IMG/VR virus record: IMGVR_UViG_3300025277_000081
Span: 1-32,349 of that record
DNA: 32,349 nt
From: a virus
Lineage: Duplodnaviria > Caudoviricetes
Strand: one strand, 5' to 3'
In this document: in pieces, positions 1 to 8,397 of the stretch
Layout of the letters: each line of letters starts with the position of its first letter
Numbering within the stretch: the first letter of the stretch is position 1
Translations under genes and position numbers: made by a program
Notes under the pieces: model-generated
What the model was told of the DNA's origin: nothing
The model's input: only the letters and a program-made list of their open reading frames with translations
Databases searched by the model: none

Positions 1-1
1 C

Positions 2-1030
2 GACTTGAGTTGCTGTCAACTGCACTTTGCGGGGTCTGCTACCGTTGTTACGGGTAGCGGGTGCGACCACCGATTGGGTATTTCTAGGTGTCGCAGTCTC
101 AACTTCAACATTTTCAGTGTCTCCGTCTTTTGAGCTAGTAGTTTCCACCTCGAAATAATCTGGGAAGCGTTTACGCATTCGCTTATCCACTTCCACATAA
201 TACTGGTCTGACGTAGGAGATATACCTTCTTTAGTAACTAAAGTTTCATGTATCCCGTAAGCCAAAGCCGTCATTTCCTTCTGATCCTCCGCCCCAAACC
301 AAGAATTATCCTTCAACCACGTTACCGCTTTTGGATCAACTTGCGGAGGATTCTGCATTCCGTAAGCTTGCTGTGATTGTTGTTGCTGTTGCTGTACGTT
401 GGGTGGTCGAGCAAATTTTTGTTGTGCTTCCAATCTATTAAAATGATCGTTAGCTACTTTTAATTCACTCTGAGCCGATAACATCTGTTCAGTGGCATCG
501 GTTAAACGCTCTGAATCACCCGACTCATAAGCTTCCTTGTGTTGGTTTTTGGCTTTATCAAGCTCGGCTTCCGCCTTTGCTTTTACCTGTGACATTAAAG
601 CACCTTCTCCACGTTGTACCAACGCTTGCAATCTTTGATTTTCCCCCTGTTGTTTACGGGCAAAATTTACCGATTCGTCTCGTAAGCGTTCAGCCGCTTC
701 CTTGGCTCTGCGTTCTTCATGGAATTCGTACTTTAATTTATTGATACGTTTTTTAACTTTATCGTCAACGTCATCAATCTCTTCCTCTACTTCTACTCGA
801 TCAGCTTTTTTCTGTTCTTGAGAACGAGGCTTTTTACGATCTTCTTCAGGTCGATCATCAATGATCTCTATATCTAAGTCAGACGGTTCTTCTACTTGAG
901 GCTTCTTTATCTCTACTTGACTACGGATGCCTAAAAACTTTTCTTCCCTAGAAATAGGTTCTTCGATCACTTCTGCTTCTTCAATGTTTTCTTCTGGTTC
1001 CTGATTTACCATTTCTTCTTGTGTACTCAT
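2..1030 (-). CDS. Putative head scaffolding-like protein (3' end runs off the window)
   Basis: Not in the ORF track; translated by hand from ATG at 1030, which overlaps the GroES stop (ATGA): MSTQEEMVNQEPEENIEEAEVIEEP...KVKKRINKLKYEFHEERRAKEAAER...DPKAVTWLKDNSWFG...QYYVEVDKRMRKRFPDYF..., open to the window edge. Acidic and coiled-coil-like; lies downstream of portal and GroES. Confidence 0.7.
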   Translation of the reverse strand, partial: MSTQEEMVNQEPEENIEEAEVIEEPISREEKFLGIRSQVEIKKPQVEEPSDLDIEIIDDRPEEDRKKPRSQEQKKADRVEVEEEIDDVDDKVKKRINKLKYEFHEERRAKEAAERLRDESVNFARKQQGENQRLQALVQRGEGALMSQVKAKAEAELDKAKNQHKEAYESGDSERLTDATEQMLSAQSELKVANDHFNRLEAQQKFARPPNVQQQQQQSQQAYGMQNPPQVDPKAVTWLKDNSWFGAEDQKEMTALAYGIHETLVTKEGISPTSDQYYVEVDKRMRKRFPDYFEVETTSSKDGDTENVEVETATPRNTQSVVAPATRNNGSRPRKVQLTATQV

Positions 1031-1416
1031 ACCTTAACAACCCCCCTTGGGTCTTGAACAACAGCTTCTACACTGTCGTCATTGATTAAACGAAATTCTT
1101 TACCGTGCACTAAAAATCGAGTGCCCGTATATGAACGCATTAATATCCAGTCTCCTTCTTCGCAGTAAGGTCCATTAGGAAAACGCCTTTTGTCGTTGTA
1201 AGCGTCAGGTCCTAACTTCATTACAAATCCGCATATTGAACCTACGGATTCCCTTTCTACAAGTGAAGCAGCTTTGATAATTCCCCCTTCCGTTTTTTCA
1301 TCGGCTTCGGGTAATGCTATCAAAATTCGATAACCAGAGGGTTCTGGTAATTGTTTCGCTATGGGAACAGCTATCTCTTCAGGGAGCTGTTCTTCTATTT
1401 TTTCTACGGTTTTCAT
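1027..1416 (-). CDS. groES: Phage GroES/Cpn10-like co-chaperonin
   Basis: P.GYRILI, mobile-loop-like EKTEGGII, G.V..LGPDAY, GDWIL...Y.G, FRLINDDSVEAVV; RBS AAGGTG upstream. Confidence 0.85.
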   Translation of the reverse strand: MKTVEKIEEQLPEEIAVPIAKQLPEPSGYRILIALPEADEKTEGGIIKAASLVERESVGSICGFVMKLGPDAYNDKRRFPNGPYCEEGDWILMRSYTGTRFLVHGKEFRLINDDSVEAVVQDPRGVVKV

Positions 1417-1469
1417 AGTTCACCTTGTTTGCACTGGATAGGGTCCAGAGTCCCTGCGTCATTATGACG

Positions 1470-1667
1470 TTATTGATCTGCTATTTCCAATAGGTCTAAC
1501 AAATCCCGCTCTATTAAAGCTAAACCAGCAATAACTCCCGTTAAATACCGATATTCGCCAAAATCCTTACATCCTCCACCACTGATTGCGTCAGAATGAT
1601 CATTCATTCTTTCTCTTATTTTTCCTCTCAGTGCGTCAGGAAAATTCTCTCTGCTCATTTCAGCCAT
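1470..1667 (-). CDS. Small hypothetical protein of the portal operon
   Basis: 65 aa; start overlaps the portal stop; GG.KDF.EYRYL.G.I.GL pattern is typical of the small gene between portal and GroES in such phages. Confidence 0.75.
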   Translation of the reverse strand: MAEMSRENFPDALRGKIRERMNDHSDAISGGGCKDFGEYRYLTGVIAGLALIERDLLDLLEIADQ

Positions 1668-4090
1668 TATTTTTTACCTTTTTTCTTACTGTCTATATCC
1701 AATAAGGTTTCTGCTACATCTTTACCGATCTTTGCCCCCGCTATCTTCTCTTGCGAAGTAATGGCTTCTTTATCGGTAATTAGGTCTGCTCCTATCTTGG
1801 CTCCTGCTATTTTTTCCTGCGATTCAATCTTCTTGAGATCAGCCGCTATCTTCTCAGCATCAGCTTTCATCTTGCGTTGTACGTCTTGTTCTCTAATATC
1901 CAACTCACGTTCACGTTGTTGAATTACAGGGTCTTCCATCTTCTCTTGAATTTCTTTTTGACGTTGTTCGGCTAGGTCTTTATTAAGAACTCGCTGTGCT
2001 GCTTCTGCTACCAGTTTGGATAAACGTACTTCTATATCCTCTGGAAGCGGTTCTTCTGGAGGAGGTAACGGCACACCTAGTTGTTCTTCTATTTCCTTAC
2101 GGTACTGGAAGCCTATGTGTTCAGTAACGTGCTCAGAGAATGCTCCAAGTATTGCATTAGCATTAGGACTTTGCCCGATTAATTCTTTTATCTTCGGATC
2201 ATCTGCCATCGCCATATGAGTTATGATGTGGGCTTCGTGATCTTGATACATGAATGCTTTCACTGGCGTTTCATTCAATATATTCATATTTTCAGAAACT
2301 GGGTTAAGCGGTTCTATATCATCTTCTAAAGGCACGATTGAATCTGGATCACGGATACCTAATACTTCCAGCATCTGACGGTGTAATTCCGCCATGTTAT
2401 ACATTTGCGGTGCTTGCTGTGCTAACTGCAACGCAGCTTGGTACTGCATGATTCTCTGTGCTGTGGTTGAAGCATTTGGATCAGCTACAGGAATAACATC
2501 AATTCTGTCATCGAAATCTTCTGGTAATAATTCCTGTCCTTCAGTCGCATAAGGATATTCAGTGGGTCCAAAGTCCCTCACAATACCCGTCAATATTTTT
2601 AGTTCCTGTTTCATCGAAGCAAAAATTCTGGATTGTACTGATCCCATGACTTTCATGGATCGTTCCAGAATAGCTAAAGTCGTTCCTACGGGAGCCTGAT
2701 TATTCATGTCAGCCACTTTCATATCAGCTACTGACGCAAATCTTCTCCCCTCTTCCACCAAATTATCCAGTAATTGATAGAGTACGGCAGACGGTTCCTT
2801 GTAGGGCAAGAAGGTTATGTTGTCCCTGATTGCACCTCCGGGAATATCCACATCCCGAAACTCTCCGGGCATAATGGGCGTATCGTCCCCCTTAATTCTT
2901 AGTCCTCTGGCTTTTAAACCTCCGGGTAGGTTGGAGAGCGTACCAGCATCCACTAATTGTCGTAACAAACTGGTAGCCGACTTCGCTATACCACCAATTA
3001 AATGAATAAGCCCGAAGCCATAAAATCCTAGTCCGGGGAGATATTGGTAGTGAACGAAATGCTGTCGAGGCATCTTTTGTTCATCATCTTCATACCAGTT
3101 TCGTCTTATAGATAAGATGGTTCTGGATGCCAACTCTATTGTTACGATATAGGGGAGAGCTATGCCCGTAGGCTCTCCGTCCTTCATATCAGGAAAGTCT
3201 TCTAAATCTAAATTTACCATCATCTCCAACAGCGTATGGCGTTGGTCATAATCATAATTAGCGTTATCGCCTGTTAATTGATTGTATTTTTCTTGTATAT
3301 CATCTACTACGTCTGAGGGAGAAGATAACTTTACATCCCTATAAAAACCATTGACCTGTAATTTTCTGACCTCATTCGCAGTCTTCTTCATTACATGGGT
3401 AGCTCGTTCACAAGTGGAGAGATCGGAAGCTCCGTAACTCACCACAAAATCTTCAGCAGGTACAAACATGGAACAGGGTCTATCCATATTGTGATCAAAA
3501 TAAACTTTACGAAAAGCCGAACCCGCCAAAGGTAAACTGAATAAAAGCTTCTCCGTCTCTATACGATATTCCGTCATCTTATCGGTTAAAAGATAGTTTA
3601 AATAATCTTTAACCCGATTAGCTTGCTCTTCCTTTTCCGCATCAACGGTTCCTATTATTTGTGTGCGTACAGGACCCTTGGGCGGAAATACCTCAGTGAT
3701 TGCTTGAGCCTGAAAACGTACTACTGCTTCAGTTAATAATGGGTGAAATACACCGCAAGCTCCATCCCAAGGATCGGTTCGATTCTCTATCTTCAAGCCT
3801 AGTTGATCTAAACCCTTAATATAAGTATCTTCCCAATCTTTTCGGGATTCCTTATCTCCCATGTAATAACCTACCAGTTCAGAACCCAACGACTGCAAAA
3901 CTGGATCGTCCATGTGTTCCGCAAGATTGTCATTGAACTCCTCACCTAAGTCTTCTGACGCAGGATCAAAGTCAATGATCATGCCACCGTCTTCTGTATT
4001 AATAGCTACCTCGTCTGGATTAGATACAAGTATCTCCAAAGGGGAACCTTCAACAGTTACTTCTGGTGTCTGTAGCGGTTTATCAGCCAT
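1667..4090 (-). CDS. Portal protein
   Basis: 807 aa downstream of terL; PWDGACGVFHPLLTEAVVRFQA, GSAFRKVYFD, GFYGFGLIHLIG, LRQLVDAGTLSNLPGG, PVGTTLAILE; long helical C-terminus. Confidence 0.9.
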   Translation of the reverse strand: MADKPLQTPEVTVEGSPLEILVSNPDEVAINTEDGGMIIDFDPASEDLGEEFNDNLAEHMDDPVLQSLGSELVGYYMGDKESRKDWEDTYIKGLDQLGLKIENRTDPWDGACGVFHPLLTEAVVRFQAQAITEVFPPKGPVRTQIIGTVDAEKEEQANRVKDYLNYLLTDKMTEYRIETEKLLFSLPLAGSAFRKVYFDHNMDRPCSMFVPAEDFVVSYGASDLSTCERATHVMKKTANEVRKLQVNGFYRDVKLSSPSDVVDDIQEKYNQLTGDNANYDYDQRHTLLEMMVNLDLEDFPDMKDGEPTGIALPYIVTIELASRTILSIRRNWYEDDEQKMPRQHFVHYQYLPGLGFYGFGLIHLIGGIAKSATSLLRQLVDAGTLSNLPGGLKARGLRIKGDDTPIMPGEFRDVDIPGGAIRDNITFLPYKEPSAVLYQLLDNLVEEGRRFASVADMKVADMNNQAPVGTTLAILERSMKVMGSVQSRIFASMKQELKILTGIVRDFGPTEYPYATEGQELLPEDFDDRIDVIPVADPNASTTAQRIMQYQAALQLAQQAPQMYNMAELHRQMLEVLGIRDPDSIVPLEDDIEPLNPVSENMNILNETPVKAFMYQDHEAHIITHMAMADDPKIKELIGQSPNANAILGAFSEHVTEHIGFQYRKEIEEQLGVPLPPPEEPLPEDIEVRLSKLVAEAAQRVLNKDLAEQRQKEIQEKMEDPVIQQRERELDIREQDVQRKMKADAEKIAADLKKIESQEKIAGAKIGADLITDKEAITSQEKIAGAKIGKDVAETLLDIDSKKKGKK

Positions 4091-4375
4091 CTATTTCCTT
4101 TTCTTTTTCTTTTTCTTTTTCTTGTGAAGCCCGCTCTTACTGGGTGCCTTTCCGCTTTCCCATGCCTCGTTTACATCAGGTGTGGATTTATCATCTCCAC
4201 GATACTGACCCTTCTTGTCTCTGGCACGTTTGGATTCTTCTTCTTCCCACACCGTGTCCTCACGCCAAGAGTCATCAGGTTCATTTTTGCGTATTACCGC
4301 ACTTGCTTCTTCTTTTTTTTCTGGGTCTGGATATTCTATCGCCCACTTAAAAAATGCTTTTATTTTATTCCACAT
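4091..4375 (-). CDS. Hypothetical protein with poly-Lys tail
   Basis: 94 aa, RBS GAGGAG; RARDKKGQY.GDDKSTPDVNEAW motif; abuts the portal start. Confidence 0.7.
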   Translation of the reverse strand: MWNKIKAFFKWAIEYPDPEKKEEASAVIRKNEPDDSWREDTVWEEEESKRARDKKGQYRGDDKSTPDVNEAWESGKAPSKSGLHKKKKKKKKRK

Positions 4376-4404
4376 AACTGCTCCTCTTTATTGTTAAGTT
4401 TTTT

Positions 4405-4656
4405 TTATTTTTTCTTGGCTTTTATTTTACCGCCTTTTGAATAGCCACCCGGACCTGCTTTTTTTCTTTTTTGACCTGCTTTGGGTCGTCTAAAACTTTT
4501 GTATATCTGTGGGTCTTTCGCTGCATCAGCCATGCGTGCTGGTCCAATTTTTTCCCAGTCTTCCTGTCTGGAAACTATACCACCAGCTTGTTTTTTTATT
4601 TGACCGCCACCAAACTTTCTCATAACCTGATCCTGATATTTTTCTACTTTTACCAT
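4405..4656 (-). CDS. Small basic Gly/Lys-rich hypothetical protein
   Basis: 83 aa, RBS AGGAG; repeated xGG(Q/I/K)(I/V) motifs; co-oriented between terL and portal. Confidence 0.65.
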   Translation of the reverse strand: MVKVEKYQDQVMRKFGGGQIKKQAGGIVSRQEDWEKIGPARMADAAKDPQIYKSFRRPKAGQKRKKAGPGGYSKGGKIKAKKK

Positions 4657-4669
4657 AATTTTCTCCTAG

Positions 4670-6163
4670 TTAATAGTATTCTGCTCGTCTAATGGGTAGT
4701 TCTTCATCCTCTTCATCTGAGTAGAGGGGAATGAAACCACCCTGTCGAAAGCGTAACAACGCTTGCGTTGAAGAGTCCACCAAGTCATCGTGATCCCCGC
4801 TAGGGAATGCAGCAAATTCCTCGATAACCTCTTCGGAAAATCTTCTCTCTGGTGCCCACACCACACCCGAAGCAAATAGATCAGCTACGGCATTGACCCT
4901 CGCTATCTTATCATTACCACGACTGGGTGTGTACTCGGACACGGGTATCCCCATCTGTCGCAGTTCAAAGATCAAGGGCATCCCAGCCGCTTTACCTTCC
5001 ACGATAAAGGCATCGGGTTGCCATTCTTTCCAGTGATCAAACGCCCTTTTCTTCAGGGCGGGAAACTCCATGCGGTCTTTTAAAGCATCGAGCAGGATGA
5101 TGTTGGGTTGTCTTATCCCCGTATCTTCATCCTCTTGATAGAACACCCCCCAAGTCGTACACGCTGAATAGTCAGCCCGTTGAGTCTTGAGGAAAGCCGT
5201 ATCCCACGACTGGATAACAAATTCACATTTTGGCGGATCATCGTGTTCCCAATCCTGCCACCACTCCCGTTTTACAATCGCCCCTTCTTCCGCAGTGGGG
5301 TCTTGTTGGTACTGAGCCGACCATTTGGCTACAGGCAGTTCCGATCTTAACTTCTCCAGTTCCTTGATGTCCCAGAACTCCTGCCATAAACTTTTTCCCG
5401 AAGGCAGTATGGCGGGGAACTCTATGACTTCCCATTCGTCCACCCCTTCCCGTTGGGCTTGGGCTTTCAGTATCTGTCCCGTTAAGTCCCGTTTGTGCCA
5501 GCGAGTCATCACGATCACGATGGAACCTCCCGGTTGCAGACGCTGACGTGGACCTGAAGTGTAGTATTCGTACACTCGGTCAAATACTTGAGGATCACCG
5601 CTCTGTCCTTCCTGCTCTGAATGCGGGTCATCAATGATAAGGACATCCGCACCTTTACCTGTTACTGCTCCGCCTACACCAATCGCAAAGTATTCTCCGC
5701 CTTTGTTGGTGTTCCAACGTCCCGCAGCTTTGGAGTCGGCTTGCAAAGCCACTGTAGGAAATATTTCCTTAAAGTCTTCTGAACCCACAAAGTTTCTAAC
5801 CTTACGTCCAAAGCCCACCGCCAGTTCTGCGGTGTGGGCAATCTGGATGATCTTGCGGTCAGGGTACTTTCCCAAGTACCAAGCGGGTAGTAGATACGAG
5901 GCAAACTCTGATTTCGTATGACGGGGAGGCATATTGATAATCAGTCGTTTCAGTTCACCCCGTGAAACCCGATTAAAGGCATCCGCCATTTTAGTATGGT
6001 GGTAGCCTTCAATAAAAGCTTTCCAAGAATGTTTTACAAAAGGAAGGAAGTCTTCGGTGCATTCCTTTCTGTTCTTAGATTGTTCGTATTCTTCCAACAG
6101 CCCCAGTAAAACTTTCTTCTCATGGTCAGGCAGTTGTTGTATTTTCTGTAAGTAGTTATTCAT
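4670..6163 (-). CDS. terL: Terminase large subunit
   Basis: Walker A-like NMPPRHTKS, Walker B LIIDDPH, coupling motif MTRWH, nuclease acidic motifs QSWDTA and HDDLVDS. Confidence 0.95.
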   Translation of the reverse strand: MNNYLQKIQQLPDHEKKVLLGLLEEYEQSKNRKECTEDFLPFVKHSWKAFIEGYHHTKMADAFNRVSRGELKRLIINMPPRHTKSEFASYLLPAWYLGKYPDRKIIQIAHTAELAVGFGRKVRNFVGSEDFKEIFPTVALQADSKAAGRWNTNKGGEYFAIGVGGAVTGKGADVLIIDDPHSEQEGQSGDPQVFDRVYEYYTSGPRQRLQPGGSIVIVMTRWHKRDLTGQILKAQAQREGVDEWEVIEFPAILPSGKSLWQEFWDIKELEKLRSELPVAKWSAQYQQDPTAEEGAIVKREWWQDWEHDDPPKCEFVIQSWDTAFLKTQRADYSACTTWGVFYQEDEDTGIRQPNIILLDALKDRMEFPALKKRAFDHWKEWQPDAFIVEGKAAGMPLIFELRQMGIPVSEYTPSRGNDKIARVNAVADLFASGVVWAPERRFSEEVIEEFAAFPSGDHDDLVDSSTQALLRFRQGGFIPLYSDEEDEELPIRRAEYY

Positions 6164-6334
6164 AAGTTAGTCCCTGCAACCTATATGTGTATAGATTTTG
6201 AGGGAACCATAATGAAGGTCACAGGGACTTAGTATATAACCAGATAGTTTATTACTAACTATATTATTACTTAGTTTAAAACTAGGTAGTAATAAACTAG
6301 AAGGCATATCTCTCCGAGATTTTAACAATCATAC

Positions 6335-6727
6335 CTACCTTCTCATGTTCGTCAAGTGTTTTCCAAACAGCTCTTCGAGTTCGTCTTTCTCAGGTTCCTC
6401 GATCAACGAGCCGAGCCCCGCCTCTTTTTGTTCATCTAATGTTCGGGTTTGAACTGATTCCGAAATTTTTTTTTCAACTAAGGGGGTAGTGGGGGAGGTA
6501 GGGGGTAAATTCTGCAGTGGGGAGTTCCTTGCCGACATCATGGTTCGCCAGCGTTTGGGTTGCATGGTTATCCAACCATCCTCTTCTAACTTCTTCACGA
6601 TTGCATGAACTGTACTCCGAGAAGAAACTCCGACCATCTCTGCTATTGCTTCCAAGGACGGACCACAGTGTTGTGTCTCCCAATAGGATTCTATCGCTTC
6701 CAATACCTTCAACTGTTTAGGAGTCAT
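6335..6727 (-). CDS. LexA-type winged-HTH DNA-binding protein lacking the peptidase domain
   Basis: MTPKQLKVLEAIESY....CGPSLEAIAEMVGVSSRSTVHAIVKKLEEDGWI matches the LexA N-terminal domain pattern; the C-terminus is low complexity, with no S24 autoprotease domain. Confidence 0.8.
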   Translation of the reverse strand: MTPKQLKVLEAIESYWETQHCGPSLEAIAEMVGVSSRSTVHAIVKKLEEDGWITMQPKRWRTMMSARNSPLQNLPPTSPTTPLVEKKISESVQTRTLDEQKEAGLGSLIEEPEKDELEELFGKHLTNMRR

Positions 6728-6798
6728 GCTACTAACGCCAGACAGATTAAGAAAGATATTGCTATTATGCCTATCAGTATCTCGTCTTTTGAAAACAT
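6724..6798 (-). CDS. Putative 24-aa single-pass membrane peptide
   Basis: Hand-translated MFSKDEILIGIIAISFLICLALVA*; G-rich RBS upstream; stop overlaps the start of the LexA-like gene (ATGA). Confidence 0.5.
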   Translation of the reverse strand: MFSKDEILIGIIAISFLICLALVA

Positions 6799-7106
6799 AT
6801 ATCCCCCCACTATAGATGAGACTCTAACGTTTAGCAAACGTTTAGCGAAAGTTAAGCGTATATTATTAAGCCAATCGAGGTTTTATGAAAATATTGGGAA
6901 ATTAATGAGCAAATTAGTGTTTAGGGGGAGACAATCAAAAAAAAATAAAAAGGGGGGGATGGGGAGGGTAGGGTTAGCTTTTTTCTCCTTTAGTATCAGT
7001 AACTTAGGGAAACTTCTTAACAAACTGCTTCACTCTCCTGAAATGGTGAAGATATCCTGAACTCCTTCAGTCCTTAAATAGCCATTGTGGATATATGCCA
7101 TTAAAC

Positions 7107-7120
7107 ATTGAACGTTCAAT
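7107..7120. promoter_or_regulatory. Palindromic operator-like site, copy 1 (ATTGAACGTTCAAT)
   Basis: Perfect 14-bp palindrome just past the terS stop, in the context TTAAAC-ATTGAACGTTCAAT-ATTT. Confidence 0.7.
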
Positions 7121-7131
7121 ATTTGTTCTAG

Positions 7132-7587
7132 CTATGTTGCACTCCCTATAACTTTCTCTAGCTTCTCCTCAATCTCGCTCATTACTTCTTCTGGAGTTCT
7201 ATCCTTAGTGATGGTTTCGATCCTCTCTATAAAGAGTCCAACGTCTGAACTCTTCCCTAATAGTTCCAAGGCTCTAATTCTTGCACTCTCATTATTGTTC
7301 TTGTCCAAGGCTTCCTCTCTTAGTCTCTCCAAGACTAGGTGTCTTAAAGAGAGGGAGGAAGTTAGTGCATACTCCTCTTTACGCTTCAATAGTAACTTGT
7401 ATCTATGGGAAACCTTATGGTGGCTTTTTAACTTACTGGCTTCGCAGTGGATAGCGGAAGCTTTCATTCCCTTGGCATTGTAAGCAGTTCTATACGAGTC
7501 ACTTGCTGAACTCCCTTTGAGGAGTTCTTGTACAAATACTTCTTGTTTAGGTGTTAGTCCATGTATGTCTTTTACTTTGTTTGTCAT
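7132..7587 (-). CDS. terS: Terminase small subunit
   Basis: LTPKQEVFVQELLKG.SASDSYRTAY N-terminal HTH and ARIRALELLGK oligomerisation-type motif; upstream of terL on the same strand. Confidence 0.85.
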   Translation of the reverse strand: MTNKVKDIHGLTPKQEVFVQELLKGSSASDSYRTAYNAKGMKASAIHCEASKLKSHHKVSHRYKLLLKRKEEYALTSSLSLRHLVLERLREEALDKNNNESARIRALELLGKSSDVGLFIERIETITKDRTPEEVMSEIEEKLEKVIGSAT

Positions 7588-7679
7588 AGTCCCTAATTGT
7601 AGCTGTCCTACGGACAGTTTGAAACCGTCCTACTCGAACATACATTGAACATATACAAGGTTTATTTGGTGGGTTGTTG

Positions 7680-7707
7680 TTGCTCTTTGTTGTACAGATG
7701 ATATACT
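7680..7707 (+). promoter_or_regulatory. Candidate sigma70-type early promoter
   Basis: TTGCTC (7680-85), 16-nt spacer, TATACT (7702-07), with an extended -10 TGn; points into the structured leader and early operon. Confidence 0.55.
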
Positions 7708-8140
7708 GAATCCGAATTCAGAAAGACTGCTCCCCGAATCGGGGAATTCCAACGGACGGATAACGAGTCTAGGGTACTGAAGGAGGCAATCAAGAACGGG
7801 ATTGAGTGACCAACCCTCCGAAAGAGGAAAACCCAGTCGGACAAGGATGGCACCGACCACAAAAAAAGTGCCTTTCTGCTCCAAGTCGAGGAGTAACAGA
7901 GGAGCCAGAGCAAAAGCTTCCAAGGAAAGAAAAACAAGAGACAAACATTTTAGGTCAGTAAGCAAAAAGCCTACTCATTTAGAGAAAGACTTTAGTACAA
8001 GACGAGAGACACAATAAACGGAGTTAACGGTTCGGGTTAGCAGAAGTTACGAGACGGTTCAGAAAGGAAAGAGAGAGACTTTAGAGAGAGAAGCTTAGTA
8101 ACGGAAGGGGCAAGTCATTATGTAGGTGGCGAAGAAGAAG
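7706..8140 (+). ncRNA. Candidate structured non-coding RNA or long 5' leader
   Basis: No convincing gene; purine-rich + strand with many consecutive hairpins (see findings). Confidence 0.45.
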
Positions 8141-8205
8141 GCGACCTCTTCGGAGGTCGTTTCTTTATTGGTGCTGTTCGGCATCAATAAGGAAGCGAAA
8201 GCTTC
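8141..8205 (+). repeat. Three-hairpin intergenic element, copy 1
   Basis: GCGACCTC-TTCG-GAGGTCGT / TTCTTTATTGGTGC-TGTTCG-GCATCAATAAGGAA / GAAGC-GAAA-GCTTC. Confidence 0.9.
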
Positions 8206-8227
8206 AATGTATAACTAAGGAGAACCA

Positions 8228-8389
8228 ATGAAAGGAAAACATATAGCTAAAAAAATGGAAGCAAGTGCAACTATGAAAGGCTTTGCCCCAATAGTAGCGG
8301 AGATGCCTGTTGTTACTCGTAATGACTTGGAAGAGTTATTGCCTGATTATGTAGCAGGTGGAGACATAACAAAGTTATTTAATAACTAA
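8228..8389 (+). CDS. Hypothetical 53-aa early protein
   Basis: Hand-translated MKGKHIAKKMEASATMKGFAPIVAEMPVVTRNDLEELLPDYVAGGDITKLFNN*; strong RBS TAAGGAG. Confidence 0.7.
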   Translation: MKGKHIAKKMEASATMKGFAPIVAEMPVVTRNDLEELLPDYVAGGDITKLFNN

Positions 8390-8397
8390 GGAGAACT

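Noticed and set aside
16-6683. Short antisense or off-frame ORFs within scaffold, portal, terL and the LexA-like gene
   Set aside because: Shadow frames of well-supported genes, without RBS or motifs (unlike the nested MTase ORF).
6605-7060. 151-aa plus-strand ORF across the terS-terL gap
   Set aside because: Antisense to the packaging operon, crosses homopolymer tracts, no RBS or motif.
7815-7845. GAGGAAAACCC as the RNase P RNA GAGGAAAGUCC motif
   Set aside because: Only a partial match, and the 3' P4 partner sequence was not found.
7630-8017. ORF-track calls 7630-7965(-), 7662-7937(-) and 7802-8017(+)
   Set aside because: Mutually overlapping, no recognisable motifs, composition explained by strand purine bias; the region is better explained as structured non-coding sequence.
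8141-8205. Repeat as a hammerhead or other known self-cleaving ribozyme
   Set aside because: No CUGAnGA...GAAA core or other catalytic consensus that I recognise.
8207-8217. TGTATAACT after the repeats as a -10 promoter box
   Set aside because: In copies 1, 2 and 6 it lies only a few nt from the SD, too close for the SD to be transcribed from it, and there is no consistent -35; more likely an AU-rich translation enhancer.
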